Source: Guillardia theta CCMP2712 (taxonomy: Eukaryota > Protista > Cryptophyta). Taken from it: a stretch of 64,000 bases of DNA. The position numbers and the translations under genes are program-made. A model generated the notes under the pieces. It saw nothing but the letters and a program-made list of their open reading frames with translations. It ran no database searches and was not told the origin of the DNA. The DNA lies in NCBI RefSeq assembly GCF_000315625.1, contig NW_005434646.1, positions 408,134 through 472,133 on the forward strand. The letters are read 5' to 3'. This document shows, piece by piece, positions 59,817 to 64,000 of this stretch (position 1 is the stretch's first letter; each line of letters starts with the position of its first letter).

Positions 59817-60975
59817 ATGAATTGCACAACAGTTGGATCAAGCAACGAATCGACGAGAGGAAGTAAGAAATGGTTTTGTAGCTATCCCCTAGAAGCCCAT
59901 CGGCAGCCGTCTAAGGCTCTTACTTTGTGCAGCCCGTGGCAAAGGAGAGGAGAATCCTCCGACGAGCGTTTGAAACAGAGGTTGAAGCAGAGCCTCAAGG
60001 TGAAAGTTTCGGGTCGGACCCAAATATCGATCCCCTCACCCCTGATCATTCCAGGGTCCTCAGCTTTGCGAATCCACACGCATTCCGGGAATAACATGGG
60101 GAGAGCTCTTGTCAAAGGAAAACAGCGTCGACAGCATCTTCGAGGCAGGAGACAAGAAACTTGTAAACGAAGTTTGCGTCAGCATGATTGTGCAAGCTGA
60201 CTGAAGTGAAGATCCTGCGGACGAAGTCGTCTGTCTCTTATTCTGATTCGCGGTTGTCACCCATCATAGGGTTTGTTTCGGAAGCTTATTCTGCCTGCAG
60301 CAATCTGAGCAAGGAAGAACGGTACTTGCGAAGTTTGCGGTTCAGCAGTCGCCACGCTACTTCTCAACAAAGGTAACATATCTTTTTTGTGTGCAATTTT
60401 GTGCAACTTTTGACTTTTTCTCTGACCTCTTCTTGTTTTTTCTTCTCAAGGTGGAACGATTCTAAGATTTGTGACATATTCAACAAGTACCCGAGAAAAG
60501 GAGCGATTCAACAGGTTTGCATGAAATCGAACCCCCCTAGAAGACATGCTTCTGACACGGATCAGCAACTCTACAGGGACAAAACCCTTTCAAGAACGAG
60601 CTCCAACGCTTTTGCTCGACCTGACAAGAAGTGAGAAAATCTCTTCAAGACTGTGCTGCATGACAGCGAATCTCCAGTCGATCCGCTTTCCTGGGTGTAC
60701 AAGAGCTTCTAGAAGACGCTCAGAGGGTAATCCAACGAACCGAAGGTCCCAAGAAGCTCCTGCTGGTCACTGGGGGAAGCTGGGAAATGTAGGGGATCCC
60801 CTCTTCTACATCCTTGTCCTGCAAACGTCAATGACGTGAAATACAGGTCTCGGCAGATGTACGTCAGCAAGTTGTACTGATGTGAATCATCTCGGTCGAT
60901 CGTGCTGCCTCTCAGTGCTTGAGCAAGGTTCGAATGCAAAGTACAAGGCGACGGCAGTAGCCGCCCCCCGTTCAT
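59817..60975 (+). CDS. Putative multi-exon hypothetical gene; its 5' part is duplicated and truncated in A copies 1 and 2
   Basis: Exon-like blocks bounded by GT-AG: PVAKERRILRRAFETEVEAEPQ|GPQLCESTRIPGITWGELL..|GFVSEAYSACS..SQQR|WNDSKICDIFNKYP. Both ends uncertain. Confidence 0.4.
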
Positions 60976-61738
60976 GACGCGATTGTAGTCAGTGAATTTG
61001 GAATGCTATCGTAAGTATGCTCGGAGGCTTGCCCTGGAAGTTGTTTATTCGAATAAAGTGACATGAAGGGAAGGTACGAAGAGAGGGGTTCGAAGAGAAG
61101 GAAGGGGAGTGGAGGAACTCTACGAGGAGGAGGAGCAGAGGAGGAGGAGCAGAGGAGGAGGAGCAGAGGAGGAGGAGCAGAGGAGGAGAGGGAGGAGGGG
61201 AGGAGCTCTGAAGAGGAGGAGCTAGCAGTTCCCGTCACTGATGACGCTAACAACCAGAACGGCCAACAAAGCTACAGCCAGATTTCAGAAGGGATGGATC
61301 GAATTTGGGGTGTCAGATGAGGGTGGGTACTTTGACAGGGGTACTGAGCAGCATAAAAAAATGATGAATTATGGGGTAGGTGACTCTCCCGATTACACCC
61401 TACCTCCCAAGGGTAGTTGCTGTGATGGCGCCTCATTGGGAGAGCCGAAGATTGCAAGATGGTGGTGGAGGGAGAGAGAGATGAAGGGAAGGAGTTGGAC
61501 GGGGAGAGAGATGAAGGGAAGGATCTCTTGGACCAGCTGAAGAATAAGACAGGAGCTCGGACTTCGCTGTTGGCCAGAGAGACCTCCCTGCCGTGTGAAA
61601 GGCTCGGCCCAGCATGTTATCCTTGGGAGACTGATGTCTTGACGGAAACTTCCATCAGCCACGTTCGTGTTTGGTGATAGCAAAAGCAGATAGTGAGATC
61701 AGCAGGCGCATCGTTCTTTCTTGATTCTCCTCTGCACG

Positions 61739-64000
61739 ATGTCGGTGCCGTCTTCCATTGACGATTTCTGCCATATGAATGGTCTGTCCCGCTACATCCC
61801 CATCATGCATGAAAACGAGATTGACCTGGACATCCTGAGAGATCTTTCAAGGGAAGACTGGAAGAGCATGGGAGTCTCTAATACGGACATCGACGTGATC
61901 ATCAGCAGTGCGAAGAAACTGCCTCCGGGTTCCTACCGGAATTGGGGCAAGGGGGTTACTATAGCTCAGGCGGTGAAAGATGCTATAGCGACAGGGAAAG
62001 AAGAGAAAATGCAAGCGAAGAACCCAAGGCCTCAAGAGGATCCGTCACCCATCGTCAGGTTTGGGAAGTCAAATCAAAAATCAAACACTAAGAAAGAAGA
62101 AGCAAAGAAGGAGGACAAGTCAGGTTCGTTGTTTACGATTGACGCTTTGGTTCCTTGATTACGATGGTTGCAGTTGTTAAACCGAGGATGCATGTAGATC
62201 TCTTGGAAGAGATCGCTGTTGGCAAAGCTTCAAAACCAAGTACAGAGATGGGAGCGAAGATGGAGAGAGCAAAAGAACTGATGGATCGGGGAAATGCTTT
62301 CATGACAGGCAACCAGTGTGACAAAGCGATTGATTTGTTCCAAGAGGTAATTTCTCCTTCGTTTGATGAGATGCGGCTAAGAGCTACAAAGGCTGAAAAT
62401 CTGTTCAAGTCTTGCAATGATCATAGTAGAGCTGTTGAAGCAAGCACGAAACGACAACAAGCAAGCTTCCAGGCTCAAATGCAGAATAGATCGAAAGAGC
62501 AGAACACTCAGAAAGCGAGGTTGAGCGTAAATCAAGCAATGAAGTGCATGAAGGTATAAATCCCACGCTTTAATTGATTTGTTGTTTCCTTTGGTGCTAA
62601 ATTCATTCCAGGAAAACAAGTTCGAAGCAGCAATCGGACATCTTGAAATCGCTGAGTCGATTTTCCTTGAAACTGAGGAGGAGGAGGCATTGTCTGAAAT
62701 TCGGAAGCTCAAAGAAGAAGCATCACAGATGGTAAAGTCCAGACTGGTACTAGAATTTATTTACGTTGACAAACGTCCGTAGAATGTTGAATGGAAGTCA
62801 AAACAACAGCACCCCCCGCGACAGGAAAAAGAAGTAAGATGCACAATCCTGTATTACCCTTGAGTTGTAATGATTCAATCAGGACGTCTCTCAAGAGTGG
62901 CAAATGAAACTGAAAGAGCAAGAGTCTAGGATCAAAGCGATAGAAAACGAGGCTAAAAAGCATGAAGAGGTGAGCTTATCATGTTGCAGGATCGTTGTGC
63001 TGCTGCCTTCCTCGGAGCTAAATTTTTCATCCTAGGTGGCACGAGCAATAAGAGGAACTTGGAATGGTGATGATGGAGGAATACAAACGACAACCGATCG
63101 AAAGCCAAACCTTGTAGAGGGAAGTTTGCTTGATTCGGAGAGAAGGAAAGTTGAGATCGACATGATGAAAGAGGCTCGTCGACGTGAAGCAGAATCCAAG
63201 ATGGCGTCCATGCGGAAAGTAGAAGAGATCCACCGGAAACTCTACGTTCACACGGTGCAGACTCAACTTGCTCAGGCAGTGGGACAGGATAAAGCTGGGC
63301 AGAGGGATACACCTTCCAATCAGGACGAGGATGCACCAGACAGCCTCTCAGCAGCACGTGACTACGTAAGGGAAAGGAATGTTAACCCTGTAAACCTCGA
63401 TCCCGGTCCAATAGCTCCTGAGTCAACAGGAAATCACAGCATTCAGGCAGATGAAAGCTCATCGCAGAGAAAGATTGAATCTCCACACGTTGGAAACAGA
63501 GAAATCCAAGTTGAACCAGTCTTTCAACAATTCAATTCAACTTCTATTGTCTCGCAGAATCGATTCGGTATCGCTCAGTCTGATGCAAAATCAAAATCGA
63601 TGCAAGGATATGACGACCTTGAAAAGATTTCAGTCGCAAGCGAATTGTCAGAAACTAAGTTCAGAGCAGCTCCATTGGCTCAATCGACATCTATCAACAC
63701 AACCACTCAAGAAAAAGTAACACCTGAGCATGATATTTCCAAGCCAGTTATCCAGTCAAGGAATGCTTCAAGTTTTCAAAGCCGAGATGGGAACTTCACA
63801 CATACTCCACCAGAAAAGTATCAATCATCTGAATTCGAAAAGACCGTAATTTCCCAGAACGCAAGAGAAGGAGGGAGAGTGGTGGTTGGAGAAGGAGGGG
63901 TACTAGCAGGAACGGGAGGAGGAGGAGGAGGAGGAGGAGGAGGAGGAGGAGGGCCAGGGACGAACATGACGGGTAACGGGGCCGATGTTGACAAGCTACC
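61739..64000 (+). CDS. SAM-domain protein with TPR-like helices and coiled coil, multi-exon, runs off the window
   Basis: SAM-like IDDFCHMNGLSRYIPIMHENEIDLDILRDLSREDWKSMGV; TPR-like AKELMDRGNAFMTGNQCDKAIDLFQE; open frame continues after ~63150. Confidence 0.75.

Larger units (their letters stand above)
45039..60224. repeat. Segmental tandem amplification A-B-A-B'-B''-A (A = 1.7-kb host segment; B = 3.9-kb NTPase-nuclease module)
   Basis: A at 45039-46783, 50707-52372 and 58460-60224. B at 46784-50706, 52373-55560 (3' truncated) and 55633-58459 (5' truncated). Confidence 0.95.

Noticed and set aside
45039-60224. Tandem LTR retrotransposon or TIR DNA transposon
   Set aside because: No TG..CA ends, PBS/PPT, RT, integrase, DDE transposase, TIRs or TSD were found, and segment A continues into a spliced host gene.

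Overview
Eukaryotic nuclear DNA with many short GT-AG introns that often carry a CTGAC-type branch site. A cryptophyte alga (Guillardia/Hanusia-like) is my inference from intron style and a signal+RLRGG leader, and is not proven. Housekeeping genes: 3' end of a PEMT-like methyltransferase gene, GRP170/HYOU1-like Hsp70, ASH2L/Bre2, SCP-x/prokaryotic-type thiolase, Sir2, a single-domain voltage-gated cation channel with PH-like and EF-hand parts, SAS-4/CENPJ head-to-head with an HMMR-like gene, an importin-beta, and a SAM/TPR-like gene. Two recently amplified accessory blocks interrupt these genes, and both have an A-B-A-B-A layout. (1) 6.7-15.7 kb: a ~2.0-kb macrosatellite with five near-identical copies of an intronless orphan ORF (337/346 aa, NLS-like motifs). 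It is flanked by an STPR-like repeat ORF on the left and a diverged relic of its own spacer on the right. (2) 45.0-60.2 kb: three copies of a Crinkler/RHS-type P-loop NTPase + restriction-endonuclease-fold gene (one intact, two frameshifted). These alternate with three copies of a 1.7-kb host segment that carries a 57-aa membrane micro-ORF showing only synonymous changes. All gene models were read by eye and exon boundaries are approximate.
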